DNA of 64,000 bases from Takakia lepidozioides (taxonomy: Eukaryota > Plantae > Bryophyta): the NCBI GenBank assembly GCA_030704615.1, contig CM060731.1, positions 83,266,001-83,330,000 on the forward strand. The letters run 5' to 3'. Below are positions 36,557-50,284 of this stretch, in pieces (position 1 is the stretch's first letter; every line of letters starts with the position of its first letter). Both the position numbers and the translations under genes were made by a program. The notes below the pieces were generated by a model that worked only from the letters and a program-made list of their open reading frames with translations, was not told the origin of the DNA and made no database searches.

Positions 36557-39500
36557 TGACCCTGGTTCCAGTTCAATTTATGCTGACAGACTTCAGGTGG
36601 TATCCCTTTTAGATCCTCATAGCTCCAAGCAAATACATCTCTGTATTTGATGAACAAGCTTTTAGCTTCTTCGAAGAATTCCGGCTCCAAATCAGCTCCT
36701 ACTTTCACCATCCTTGGTTCCTCGGAGTTCCCACATTTACTTCTCTCACCTGCTCAATCAGCTGTGATTGTACAACCAGTCACCACTTCATCTGTAAGCT
36801 CACAGTGGCTGGTTCTTCTAGGATTTCTATTTCTCCTTCTCTTTTCATAGAAATTGTGAGGTAAATGCTGTTTCTTCTTCTTTGTGTTGCTGTCACTAAC
36901 CACAGCAGATACCCCTCAAACAACTTAGGCTTTCCAGCCGCATCTCTGCCAACTTGCTCCCACTCTGGGGTGCAGCAAATAGGAGGTTAGCTTCCTGCTC
37001 CTCTCATCCAGTCCTCCCCTCAGGTCATACTACTCTGACTCCTCGAGGTCTTCTTGTAGCAGGTAACTACTAGATTTCTTTGTGGTAATTTGTATCTCGT
37101 GCATCCCATTATGCACAGTTAGTAACTGAGAATTCAGTCATGGAATACCCTGGCCTGTGTCAGCCACGGACGTCCCAATAATAAGGAATAAGCCTCCATG
37201 ACTTCATCCATTTTTAATACAGTTATGTGATCAGAAAGATCATTTTCTGTATCTGTTATCTTAACTCCTCTTATTTAATCCCAATGGCTGTACACTTCTT
37301 TGATCTGCAATTGTTACTGTAAATGGGGCTGGTTTCATGTTACTTAGACCAAGCTTCTTCCTTAATTGGTAGTCTGTCATGATATTTACTACAGAACCAC
37401 CATCTATCAGTACATCAGTTAGTTCTGTGCTTCCAATTCTCAATTGGATTACTGGCATAGAATCATCAAAGTCCATGACTGGTTCTCGCCCTTCCGGCTT
37501 CACATTATAACGGTCACCTTGCTGTTCAGGTCTGTGTTTCCTGTTTCTTGGGCAATTCGATTGATTGCCTGATACAGCCTGTGCCTACAATAAGGTGCCA
37601 CAGCTAATAGCTGTCCAATGGTAATTTCTGCTTTGGTCTGACATATTACTTCAGCCAAAGTCTCTTCATTACTTTGCATGTCTGCATCTTCTTTCCCCCT
37701 TTCTTCCTCACTCTCCTCTTTTTCTCCATCCGAATCAGAGGAATCTGCCACAGGAATATCAGTACTCTTTTGCATTTCCCTTATAGTATCTGCACTTCCT
37801 TGTGCAGTTCCTTCTCATCCTTCCAAGTTTCTTCCTCTTCAGGCATATCATTGCCACTTCCAGTCTCATCTTCTTCTCTTCTACTGGAGGTATTATTAGC
37901 TTTACTTCTTGTTACATCATTGTACTTACTTCTGGTACAACACATGGCCTAACCATATGTGAGCTGCCACCACTGGGCCTCATTCACAGGAGCTCCATCT
38001 CATTCTGGTGGTCTTAATCCAGAATGAACAGGCTGCCTGCGATGTCCTGGCTGATTACAATAGTAACATAGCTCTCCACCATTGGGTCCTCGCCCTTTGG
38101 TCTGTGGTCTTGGATTTATTTCTATAATCCTGATTCCCGGGCTGGTAAATTCCCCCTCGCGATTACCCTGATAGTTTGCCTCTGGAATTCCTTGGTAATT
38201 CCCTCTTGAATTACCTCTTCCTTCCATGCCATTGTTATAACCACCAGACCTACCATAGTGGTCCTGATCATTGCTTCTTCTGGCTGGGTTGCACCTGATG
38301 CACCCTCACTTGCCTAGGTTCTCTGGCAGCTGTCCTTCTGTTGTAGTAACAATTCTCAGTAGAATGGTTATCCATTTACAGATAGTACAGTGTTTCTCCT
38401 TCATGTGGCATTCTGTAGGGGTATGGCCTTCATTCTGGCACTTTGCACACCATACAACCTTCCTCCAATGTGTTGCAGCCCTCTGTGGCATACTTCTTCA
38501 GATTCTTCCAATCTTTTCTCATAGTTATCCCTCTTCAACTTTTCCTTTCTCTTACTCTTTCTTTTTAGTTCTTGCTCTTCTTCTTCATCTGACTCATCTT
38601 CAGAGTCCTCATCTTCCTTTTTCTCTCTCCTGAGCATCCAATTGCTCAATTCTTGTTCGCAGTTTCAAATGCCTCCTCCACTGTATTATGGGGTAACAAT
38701 ATCCACTTTCTTCTGCAACTCTGGTCTTAGTCCACTCACAAACCAAGTCTTCTGTAAACGGGTGCTGGTACTGCAGCCAGCTTTTTCATCATCAATTCCA
38801 TCTTCTCCATATAATCTTCAAACAGTTCATGCTTCTTCTGCTTCAGCTGTTGTAAACTTCCATCACTTCATCCTCAGTTTTTACTTGTCCTGAACCTATT
38901 TCGAAATGCTGTATTCAAGCCATTCCAGGTTAGGAAATGATTATCAGGGAATCTTGCATACCATTCACTTGCTTTCTTGATAAGTGACAAAGGAAACAGT
39001 CTCATCTTGGCATCATCGCCATTCTCATTGTTCACTATACACATGTGCTCAAATTGGCTAATGTGTACATCGGGATCCCCTTTTCCTGAATATATTGGAA
39101 AGGGTGGTTTGCCCGTGTGGTTTTTGTAACGCATCTGTGGCCCTACCTTCTGCCCACTGACAGGTGCTGGCACCCTTGCTGGTGCTGGTCCTTCTGGACC
39201 TGTTGTTTTTGTGGTGGATCTTCCACCAAGTGGTGGCCCTTGAGCACTCCCTGCTTCTGGCCCCACGATATTCACAGTATTCCCAGCTTCAGTTGCACTA
39301 CTTCCCACATCCCTGTCCCCCCAGAGCCAGATCCAGGCAGCCCGCCTGATCCCCCTGAGCCGACACCTTCGTTGGCCTGTGATCCAAGTGTTGCTCCACT
39401 TGATCCAGGTCCAACGGGTTGGATGTCCTGGTTGTAGTCTCAACCTCAGCTGTTGGGTCTACTTCTTCATATTCTTCCTCTTCCAATTTCTTCTCTCTGT

Positions 39501-41711
39501 TTTCATCATTCAGTTCTGCCCTTGGGTTTCTTCTTCACTCATGTAACTCAACTGTTAATGGTGTTGGAGAGTCTGAACTCTCCGTTGGCTCTGCCACATC
39601 CTCATCTCCTTCTTCTCTTCTGCTTCAGAAACTGGAGTTCCTGCTTTTGGTGTTCCATGCCAACTTTTATCAAAGATTTCTGTCAAATCTTTTATCCAAG
39701 GATGTACCTCAGATCTTTCACCTCTTGATTGATCTTCTTCCTGTACCAATTCCCTTAATCTTTCTGGCAAAGAAACAGAAGGAGTGGCATCCAACTCTAG
39801 TTCTTCCGGTATAGGTGATGCACTTTTTGATCTTGATGGTGTGAGAGGTCCAGATGTTCCCCTATGTCTATTTCCTCTCTCCCAAAGATATGGATAATTA
39901 GCTTTCAGTAGCTTTCCCTTTTTAATGAATATCTTTGTCGTCTAGCTTCTCTTTCATCACTCATGTCCCATGTCTTTCATTTCTTTTTTAATGTGGCAAT
40001 AACCAAAACTCTCTTCTGTAATATCTCTCGTATATGCCGGATTTCTTTCAAGCTTCAATGACCCTTGGCTATACTTGAAGTCTCCGTTACCATATAAACC
40101 ATATGGCAAACAAGTCTGAAAAGCTGTCTTGGTGTGAGTTGATCCACAAAATATCCTTTGGAATCCAATTCTTTACCAGTACAAGCTCTTATGCATATGA
40201 GTATAAACATTCACCTTTCTTTCTTCCCAGCCTTCAAACTCTACTCGTTTAATGGATACAATGCTATCACATAAACCAATGTTGGTAACCAAACGTGCTC
40301 TTCCTCTACAGGCTACCTGATAAATCTTTATCCTCCTTTCTCCAGAACCCATTCTGGATCAGCATCATGCACTCGTTTAAGAATATTTTCTTTACATCCG
40401 TCTGGCAATTCCAAGAACCTTTGAAAGAACTGTTGGGACAAATCTCTTCCTTCGGTTTCACAGGGAGGGGAATTTGATTCACTTCAAATTCTTTAATGGT
40501 CCAACCACCATGATCCCACCAGATGCCTGTCACATCTGGTTGTTCATGTCCCAGTTCCCCAGTTATGGTCGCCAAATGTCGCGCGGCTTTACTCACCCAT
40601 CCCTTCGCTATCCGAGGCCGGAAACTCCAAGATAGAAGAGTTGGAAAATCTCTAAGTACTCCAGGGGCCCGGCAGAACAATCAGTCATGACCTACAGCTA
40701 GTGTATATGGGGGGTTTCCTATTGTTTCCCTTTTCGCATTCATCTTAGCTACCTTACCATTGATAATTACGTTAGTTTCCTTCACTTCCTCCATTCAATC
40801 CACAGCTTCACTCAGATCTCTCTACACAGTGTGATTGTATCGTATAAATATCAGATTATGATTTATCAGGTATCAGGCCGAAGCCCATTGTATCTCTATC
40901 TCCTCTACAATATCCCTACGGCTTTGCCTCTAACAAGCATCTACTAATCCTCCTTCATCGTGCTCTCCGATCTCCGCTTCGCCTGACTCCCAAGTCCTCC
41001 CCGAATAATGATCTCATCATAATCCCGTTCTTCCCTTATCCTCCTATCCGCGGTTCTAACCGTTTCCCTCTCTAACCGTCGTATGTGAACTAACATGTTC
41101 CCTTCTCTGGTGTTGTTCCCCCAGTCGTTCCCTGTCCTACTCTCGTTCCCTATTATCGTGACAGCTGTGTTCAAGCGGTGACTGGCTGTGTTTGGCTGTG
41201 TCGGGCTGTGGACTGGCTGTGTGGCTATGCCGGGCTGTGACTGGCTGTGTGGGCTGTGTCTGCTGTGACGACTGTGACGGGCTTGTGTGGGCTGTGTGGG
41301 CTGTGTGACGACTATGAGGGCTGTGTGGGCTGTGACGGTTTATGTGACGGGCTGTGTTGCTGTGACGGCTGTGTGGGCTGTTGTGGGTTGTGACGACTAG
41401 GACGGGCTGTGTGGGCTGTGACGGCTGTGACGGGCTGTGTTGGCTGGAGTGTGTGAGCTGTGTGGGCTGTGTGGGCTGTGTCGGCGTGTCGGGCTGTGTG
41501 GGCTGTGTCGGCTGTGTCGCTGTGTGGGCTGTGGTGGAATGTGACGGCTGTGTGTGTGACGGCTGTGTGGGCTGTTTGTGGGTGTGTAACCCCCTTCTAC
41601 AGTGCTCTGCTGTCACCCCCTAAGGTTCCTGTTTGTCTCAGTCTGTGCCAAAAATTAAGGGTACCCTACAGATCCCGTATAAGTGTCTAAGTCCCCTACA
41701 GTCCTCTAACA
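36557..41711 (-). mobile_element. Gypsy copy C: LTR 41711-40577, PBS, ORF0, gag, protease and RT start; inserted into copy D
   Basis: Reverse-complement match to copy E; very indel-rich. Confidence 0.92.
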
Positions 41712-44700
41712 CTTCCGTCTGTGGTACTCCGACACAGGTGTGTGTATTATTGCACCTCAGGATTCCCTTTGGGCAACTATTGCACCTCTGGAATCTCTGT
41801 CTCCTTGGACCAGACCAGAATATTCATAGAGAAGGTCCACTTTCTCCATTTATGCCACATCTGTTAGGTAGTTGGAATATCTAACCCTTCTCTTTCCAAA
41901 TCAATTATTCTGTTGAGCTGCATGGACAACTTGTGACCTTGTGACCAGTCGGATCAGCTGGACTGTGATGGGTTGTGATGCTGAAGTAACTTCCTCTCCT
42001 CTCTGAAGGTCCTGCTTCCAGTAATAGCATTTCTATGTGCTGCTGCTGTGCCCCTCCTGCACATGAGCTGGGAAAACATTATCATGCGGAATCCGTGAAG
42101 CCAGTGGATCCGCCACAACAGTCTTTCCCAGTCTCTGCCTCTTAGTCTCGGGTTGCCCTGCGGTCCACCTCACGGTGTGAAGAGCCTTGCTCTTCCATTG
42201 CAGTGGTTTCTGGCTTCAAACACTCCCATTCCTTTCTTTTTTGCGCATCAAGTATGCCAGAATCAAGAATTATTTGAGCAATGATTGGGCCAGACACTAT
42301 GATAGGAGGACTTGCGGTAGTACCGTGTAATCTTTTCATCTCCTCCACCAGTGTGGTGTACATTAATGTCCGCCCATGTACCTCTTGTCCCTTCAGGCCT
42401 TTGAGTATTTCCTCCGTGAAGGATCTGCTCAAATATTGTTGGTTCTGTTTCATGCAATCATAACGTTCAATAACTGGCCTACCTCTTTTAGCCCTGGGTA
42501 CACAGCCTTGGTACAAGCAAACCCTGAGTTTTAAAGAAACTCCCTCTTGGAATAAGTCCCCTATTTGCAGTCTGGCCCTGTGTTCCTCCACATGCACCTG
42601 ACCTGCTGGGCAATCGAAACAATTGCTGGAGTATAGGGGAGTAATTGATAATTCAACTCCCTTCACCGTTGTTGTTCCTGTCCTTGGCTCAAAGTTCTGC
42701 AAAAATGTAACAGGTACTGTCTATGGTGTAATGTCCAATCTAGGCGTGTCTATGCTGCGTAAGAGTAAATGCGAGCGTGATATCTGTTAGTTCCTCCATA
42801 GTTTCCAAGATATAAGCATGCTGAGGCCTGCGACTGCGGGGAATCGCAACGTCGCCATGGTGGCATTGCTGCGACGTTGGAGTCGCAAACCAAAAAATCC
42901 CCCCGTCTTAAAAGTCTTAACTTGCCTTCATCAAACTGTTCCTTTCGCTTCATCTGAATTCTGGTCATATTATCAGGCATCAGCACGTACTTCTTCCACA
43001 TGGTATAATTCATGTTTCCTGACCTTGATGGAGTCTTGCAAAATTCCATTCTCTTTCCCCACTCCGTTCTCATGGTAGGTAACAGGAATTCCACTGGAAG
43101 TAAGGCTTCCATCCATAAACTAATTGGAATGGTGTATACTTAGTGTGACTTTATATGAAGTCCTGTATGACCACAAAGCTGTCAGCAGCTTCGTATCCCA
43201 ATCCGTTCTGTTTGCATTGACTATCTTAGCCAAGATAGTACATAGTATTTTGTTGGTAGCCTCTGCTTGCCCATTACCCTGTGGGTAATATGTTGTACTC
43301 TTCTATGCACAATCATAAACTCTTTAGTCACAACTCAATGGTCTCATTCATGAAGTGACTTCCTTAATCACTGATAAATTCTAAGGGACAGCCAAATCGT
43401 TTGTAAGTATGTTCTCGTACAGGAACCTTGCTGTGGACTTGGCTGTGTTGTCCCTCAAAGCTTTAGCTTCCACCCACTTCGTAGTATAATCAGTGGCGTG
43501 TAATTATGTACCTGTTCCGTGTATTCTTGGCTGGTGGGTTATCGGTCCAACAAAGTCTAGTCCCCATTTCTGAAATGGTTCCGGCATTGTAGGATGCAAG
43601 GCCATCCTTCCAGATATCTGCAAAGGTCCTAGAGCTGACATCATCACAACTCTGACAATACTCGTGTACATCTTTGAACAAAGTAGGCCACCAGTAACCT
43701 GCGAGTAGTATTTCCTACTGGTAGTCTCTTCTCCAAAAATGACTCCAGCCACTCCCTTTATGAACTTCCTCCAAACTTTATTTACTTCATGGTGGTACAA
43801 GCATCGTTTAGTACTCCATCAGGTCCTAGCTTATACATTCTGCTTCCTACCATAGTATAAGGTAAAGCTTTGATAGCGATTCTCTTCCTCTGCTCCTTAC
43901 CATAACTAGGTGGGCACTGACCATGAGCAAGGTAGTATATGATTGGCCACTGCCAATTAACCATGTCATCTGCACTTCCCTGCACCTCCACTGCAAAGAG
44001 ACTCGCATCTGGTAATTGATCATCTATTCCTGTGGCTGGTTCTCCTGTTGTTGATAACCGTGACAAATGATCGCCACAAGATGCAGTTCCCAGGCTTGTA
44101 AACAACCTTGAACTCAAACTCGTGCAAGATTATCAACCATCTTGCTATTCTTCCGCTTATCAGAGGTTTGTTTACCAGGTATATCAGAGCCTGGTGATCC
44201 ACATAGAACATTAAACTTCTTGCCAACAGGTAATGCCTGAATTTCTTCACTGCATAGATCATTGCCAATGCTTCTCTTCCGTTGTGCTATAGTTCCTGTC
44301 AGCACTATTCATCAACCGGCTAGCATAGTACACAGGTGAATCTCTATTTCCTGTAAAATTCTGGCTAACACCGCTCCCAACGCTTCTCTTGATGCATCGC
44401 AATGAACATGAAATACTACATGCCAGTGAGGGTTAATCAGCACAAGTGTAGTTGTTACTGACAGTGTAAGTTCCTCAAACGCCTGTTGACATTCAGCTGT
44501 CCAGGCAAACACTGCATCTTTCTTCAGTAGTTTGCTCAATGGTGCTGCTATTTGTGCATACCTTTTGACAAATCTTTTGTAATAACTGGTTTGCCCAAGG
44601 AATCTCCTTAGACTTTAACATTCACTGGTGGTGGAGAGGCTTTAATGGACTCTGTCTTTCTGGGATCCACAAGGAGTCCCTTCTTACACACAATGTGTCC

Positions 44701-47700
44701 AGAAAGCACCCCTGAGTTCACACAGAAAGTACACTTCTCTGGATTCAGGCCCAGACCTCTCATCCTGCATCTGGCCAAACATAACTCCAATTTATGCAAG
44801 TGCTCATTCTTAGAGCTGTACACACTAAAATCATCCAAGAATACCTGCATGAAATCATCCAGATACTCATGAAAAGATTTACTCATCACTCTCTGAAAGG
44901 TCGCTGGTGCATTACAAAGTCCAAAGGGCATGACTTTGTATGCATAAGCCCCCCAGTCTGTGATGAAAGCTGTTTTCCCTTGGTCTTCTTCTGCCACTTG
45001 CACTTGATTATAACCACTGAAGCCATCCATGAATGAGTACATCTCATGGCCTGCCACAGTGTCTAATACTGCTTCTGTGAATGGCAAAGGGAAAGGATCT
45101 TTCTTCGTACAAGCATTCAGCTTCTTATAGTTCACACATACTCTTAGTTTGCCATTCTTCTTGGGAACTATAACAATGGGTGACAACCAAGTTGTATACT
45201 CTATTGGGTATATAAACTTAGCCTCAGCCAACTTCTTTATCTCTTCTCCAACCTTCTGTGCGTAGTTGGGATTCATTCTATACCTCGCCTGCTTGATTGG
45301 TACTGACCCTGGTTCCAGTTCAATCTTATGCTGACAGACTTCAGGTGGTATCCCTTTTAGATCCTCATAGCTCCAAGCAAATACATCTATGTATTTGATG
45401 AACAAGCTTTTAGCTTCTTCGAAGAATTCCGGCTCCAAATCAGCTCCTACTTTCACCATCCTCGGTTCCTCTTAGTTCCCACATTTACTTCCCTCCTGCT
45501 CATCAGCTGTGATTGTCCAACCAGTCACCACTTCATCCTGTAAGCTCACAGTGGCTGGTTCTTCTAGGATTTCTATTTCTCCTTCTCTTTCTTCATAGAA
45601 ATGTGATGGGTAAATGCTGGTTTGGTTTCCTCTTCTGTTGGTGTTGCTGTCACTACACCACAACAAATACCTCTCAAACAACTTAGGCTTTCCAGCCGCA
45701 TCTCTGTAACCTGCTCCCACTCTGGGTGTGCAGCAAATAGGGTAGCTTCCTGCTCCTCATCCAGTCCTCCTTTCCAGTCATACTCTCTGACTCCTCGAGG
45801 TCTTCTTGTAGTAGGTAATCTACTAGATTTCTTTGTGGTAATTTGTATCTCGTGTATCCCATTATGCACGGTTAGTAACTGAGAATTCCAGTCATGGAAT
45901 ACCCTGGCCTGTTTCAGCCACGGCCGTCCCAATAATAAGGAGTAAGCCTCCATGACTTCATCCATTTTCAACACAGTTACTGTGATCATAAAGATCATCT
46001 TCTGTATCTGTATCTTAACTCCTCTTATTAATCCCAATGGCTGTACACTTCTTTGATCTGCCATTGTTACTGTAAATGGGGCTGGTTTCATGTTACTTAG
46101 ACCAAGCTTCTTCCTTAATTGGTCTGTCATGATATTTACTCCAGAACCTCCATCTATCAGTACATCAGTTAGTTCTGTGCTTCCAATTCTCAATTGGATT
46201 ACTGGCATAGAATCATCAAAGTCCATGACTGTTTCTCGCCCTCCGGCTTCACATTATAACTGGTCACCTTGCTGTTCAGGTCTGTGTTTCTTGTCTCCTG
46301 GGCAATTCGATTGATTGCTTGATACAGCCTGTGCCTACAATAAGGTGCCACAGCTAATAGCTGTCCAATGGTAATTTCTGCTTTGGTCTGGCATATTACT
46401 TCAGCCAAAGTCTCTTCATTACTTTGCATGTCTGCATCTTATTTCTTCCTTTCTTCCTCACTCCCTTCTTCTTCTCCATCAGAATCAGAGGAATCTGCCA
46501 CAGGAATATCAGTACTCTTTTGCATTTCCCTTATAGTATCTGCCACTTCCTTGTGCAGTTCCTTCTCATCTTTCCAAGTCTCTTCATCTTCAGGCATATC
46601 ATTGCCACCTTCATTATCATCTTCTTCCTCTACTACTGGAGGTATTAGTTTGGCTTTACTTCTTGTTACTATCATTGTACTTACTTCTGGTACAACACAT
46701 GGCCTAACCATGTGAGCTGCCACCACTGGGCCCTCATTCACATGAGCTCTCATCTCATTCTGGTGTCTTATCCAGAATGAAACAGGCTGCCTTGCGATGT
46801 CCTGGCTGATTACAATAGTAACATAGTTCTTCACCATTGGGTCCTCGCCCTTGGTCTGTTCTTGGATTATTTCTATAATCCTGATTCCCGGGCTGGTAAT
46901 TCCCCCTTGGATTACCCTGATAGTTGCCTCTGGAATTTCCTTGGTAATTCCCTCTTGAATTACCTCTCCCTTCCATGCCATTGTTATACCACCAGACCTA
47001 CCATAGTGGTCCTGATCATTGTTTCTTCTTGGCTGGGGCTGCACCTGATGCACCCACACTTGCCTAGGTTCTCTTGCAGCTGTCCTTCTGTTGTAGTAAC
47101 AATTCTCAGTAGAATGGTTATCCATTTTACAGATAGTACAGTGTTTCTCCTTCAGGTGGCATTCTGTGGTGGTATGGCCTTCATTCTGGCACTTTGCACA
47201 CCATACACCCTTCCTCCAATGTGTTGCAGCCTCTGTGGCATATTTCTTCAAGATTTCTTCAAATCTTTTTTCATAGTTATCCCTCTTCAACTTCTCCTTT
47301 CTCTTACTCTCTTTTTAGTTCTTGCTCTTCTTCTTCATCTGACTCATCCTCAGAGTCCTCATCATCCTTTTTCTCTCTCCTGAGCATTCCCAATTGCTCA
47401 ATTCTGTTAGCAGTTTCAAATGCCTCCTCCACTGTATTATGGGGGGTAACATATCCACTTTCTTTTGCAACTCGGTCTTAGTCCACTCACAAACCAAGTC
47501 TTCTGTAAAACGGGTGCTGGTACTGCTGCCAGTTTTTTCATCATCAATTCCATCTTCTCCATATACTCTTCAACAGTTTCATGCTTCTTCTGCTTCAGCT
47601 GTTGTAAACTCCATACACTTCATCCTCAGTTTTACTTGTCCTGAACCTATTTCGAAATGCTGTATTCAAGCCATTCCAGGTTAGGAAATGATTATCAGGG

Positions 47701-50284
47701 AATCTTGCATACCATTCACTTGCTTTCTTGATAAGTGAACAAGGAAACAATCTCATCTTGGCATCATCGCCATTCTCATTGTTCACTATACACATGTGCT
47801 CAAATTGGCTAATGTGTACATCGGGATCCCCTTTTCCTGAATATATTGGAAAGGGTGGTTTTGCCCGTGTTGGTTGTAACGTCATTTGTGGCCCTACCTT
47901 CTGCCCACTGACAGGTGCTGGCACCCTTGCTGGTGCTGGTCCTCCTGGACCTATTGTTTTGTGGTGGATCTTCCACCAAGTAGTGCCCCTTGAGCACTCC
48001 CTGCTTCCGCCCCACGATATACAAGTATTCCCAGCTTCAGTTGCACTACTTCCCACACTCCATGTCCCCCAGAGCCAGATCCAGGCAGCCCGCCTGATCC
48101 CCCTGAGCCGACACCTTCGTTGGCCTGTGATCCAAGTGCTCCACTTGATCCAGGTCCAACGGGTTGGGATGTCCTGGTTGTAGTCTCAACCTCAGCTGTT
48201 GGGTCTACTTCTTCATATCCTTCCTCTTCCAATTTCTTCTCTCTGTTTTCATCCTCCAAGTTCTGCCCTTGGGTTTCTTCTTCACTCATGTAACTCAACT
48301 GTAATGGTGTTGGAGAGTCTGAACTCTCCGTTGGCTCTGCCACATCCTCTTCTCCTTCTTCACCTTCTGCTTCAGAAACTGGAGTTCCTGCTTTTGGTGT
48401 TCCATGCCAACTCTTATCAAAGATTTCTGTCAAGTCTTTTATCCAAGGATGTACCTAAGATCTTTCACCTCGTGATTGATCTTCTTCCTGTACCAATTCC
48501 CTTAATCTTTCTTGCAAAGAAACAGAAGGAGTGGCATCCAACTCTAGTTCTTCCGGTATAGGTGATGCACTCTTTGATCTTAATGGTGTGAGAGGTCCAG
48601 ATGATTCCCCTATGTCTATTCCTCTCTCCCAAAGATATGGATAATTAGCTTTCAGATAGCTTTCTCTTTTTGCTGAATATCTCTGACGTCTAGCTTCTCT
48701 TTCATCACTCATGTCCCATGTCTTTCATTTCTTTTAATGTGGCAATAACCAAAACTCTCTTCTGTAATATCTCTCGTATATGCCTGGTTTCTTTCAAGCT
48801 TCAATGCACCCTTGGTTATACTTGAAGTCTCCGTTACCATATAACCATATGGCAAACAAGTCTGAAAAGCTGTTCTTGGTGTGAGTTTGATCCACAAAAT
48901 ATCCTTTGGAATCCAATTCTTTACCAGTACAAGCTCTTCATGCATATGAGTATAAACATTCACCTTTCTTTCTTCCCAGCCTTCAAACTCTACTCGTTTA
49001 ATGGATAGCAATGCTATCACATAAACCAATGTTGGTAACCAACGTGCTCTTCCTCTACAGGCTACCTGATAAATCTTTATCACTCCTTTCTCTAGACCCC
49101 ATTCTGGATCAGCATCATGCACTCGCTTAAGAATATTTTCTTTACAACCGTCTGGCAATTCCAAGAACCTTTGAAAGAATTGTTTGGACAATCTTTCTTC
49201 CTTCGTTCCACAGGGAATTTGATTCACTTCAAATTCTTTAATGGTCCAACCACCATGATCCCACCAGATGCCTGTCACATCTGGTTGTTCATGTCTCAGT
49301 TCCCCAGTATGGTCGCCAAATGTCGCGCGGCTTTTACTCACCCATCCCTTCGCTATTCGAGGCGGAAACTCCAAGATTGAAGAGTTGGAAATCTCTAAGT
49401 ACTCAGCCCGCGCAGAACAATCAGTCATGACCTACAGCTAGTGTATCACGGGGGTGTTTCCTATTTGTTTCCCTTTTGGTATTCATGTTAACTATCTTAC
49501 CATTGATAATTAAGTATCAGTTTGCTTTATCAATCTATTGGATTCCATCAACTCATCCATTCATTCCACAGCTTCACTCAGATCTCTCTACACAGTGTGA
49601 TTGTATCGTAAAAATATCCGATTATGATTTATCAGGTATCAGGCCGAAGCCATTGTGTCTCTAATCTACTCTACAATATCATTACAGCCTTGCATATATC
49701 AAGCATCTACTCATCATCTCTCTATCTTACTTCCGTTCTTCATCTCTGCCCGATCCCCTCTCCTCTATCACCAAGAAGTCCTCTTCCGAATGATGTCCCT
49801 CAATGCCCCGTTTCTCCCTTTATCTTCCTATCCGCGGTTCTAACCGTTTCCCTCACTAACCGTGTCTGTGAACTAACATGTTCCCTTCGCAGGTGTTGTT
49901 CCCCACAGTCATTCCCTGTCCTACTCTTCGTTCCCTATGATCGTGACAGCTGTGTCAAGCTGTGACTGGCTGTGTGAAACTGTGACGGGCTGTGACTGGC
50001 TGTGCGATTGTGTTTGGCTGTGTCGGGCTGTGTCGGCTGTGTCGGCTGTGACGACTGTGACGGGCTGTGTTGGCTGTGTCGGCTGTGACGACTGTGACGG
50101 GCTGTGTCGGCTGTGTCGGCTGTGACGACTGTGACGACTGTGACGACTGTGACAGGCTGTGTAACCCCCCTCTACAGTGCGCTGCTGTCACCCCTAAGGC
50201 TCCTGTTGGTCTCAGTCTGTGCAAAAATTAAGGGTACCCTACAGATCCCGTATAAGTGTCTAAGTCCCCGACAGTCCTTTAACA
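41712..50284 (-). mobile_element. Gypsy copy D: LTR 50284-49321, PBS 49318-49301, ORF0, gag-PR-RT-RH-INT and a partly deleted 3' extension
   Basis: RT ORF 44608-45459 (QVFLDDFSVY), RNase H HCDAS, integrase WGLDFVGP. Confidence 0.95.
48709..49428 (-). CDS. ORF0, longest copy; starts at an ATG inside the LTR and reads through the PBS
   Basis: 239-aa ORF in which ATFGDHTGEL spans the LTR end and the PBS. Confidence 0.65.
   Translation of the reverse strand: MTDCSARAEYLEISNSSILEFPPRIAKGWVSKSRATFGDHTGELRHEQPDVTGIWWDHGGWTIKEFEVNQIPCGTKEERLSKQFFQRFLELPDGCKENILKRVHDADPEWGLEKGVIKIYQVACRGRARWLPTLVYVIALLSIKRVEFEGWEERKVNVYTHMHEELVLVKNWIPKDILWIKLTPRTAFQTCLPYGYMVTETSSITKGALKLERNQAYTRDITEESFGYCHIKRNERHGT

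Noticed and set aside
35995-36711. 205- and 221-aa ORFs
   Set aside because: Artefacts of translating the N gap
41137-41690. Thr/Gln/His- or Cys/Gly/Val-rich proteins
   Set aside because: Translations of the LTR minisatellite; the frame is not conserved between copies
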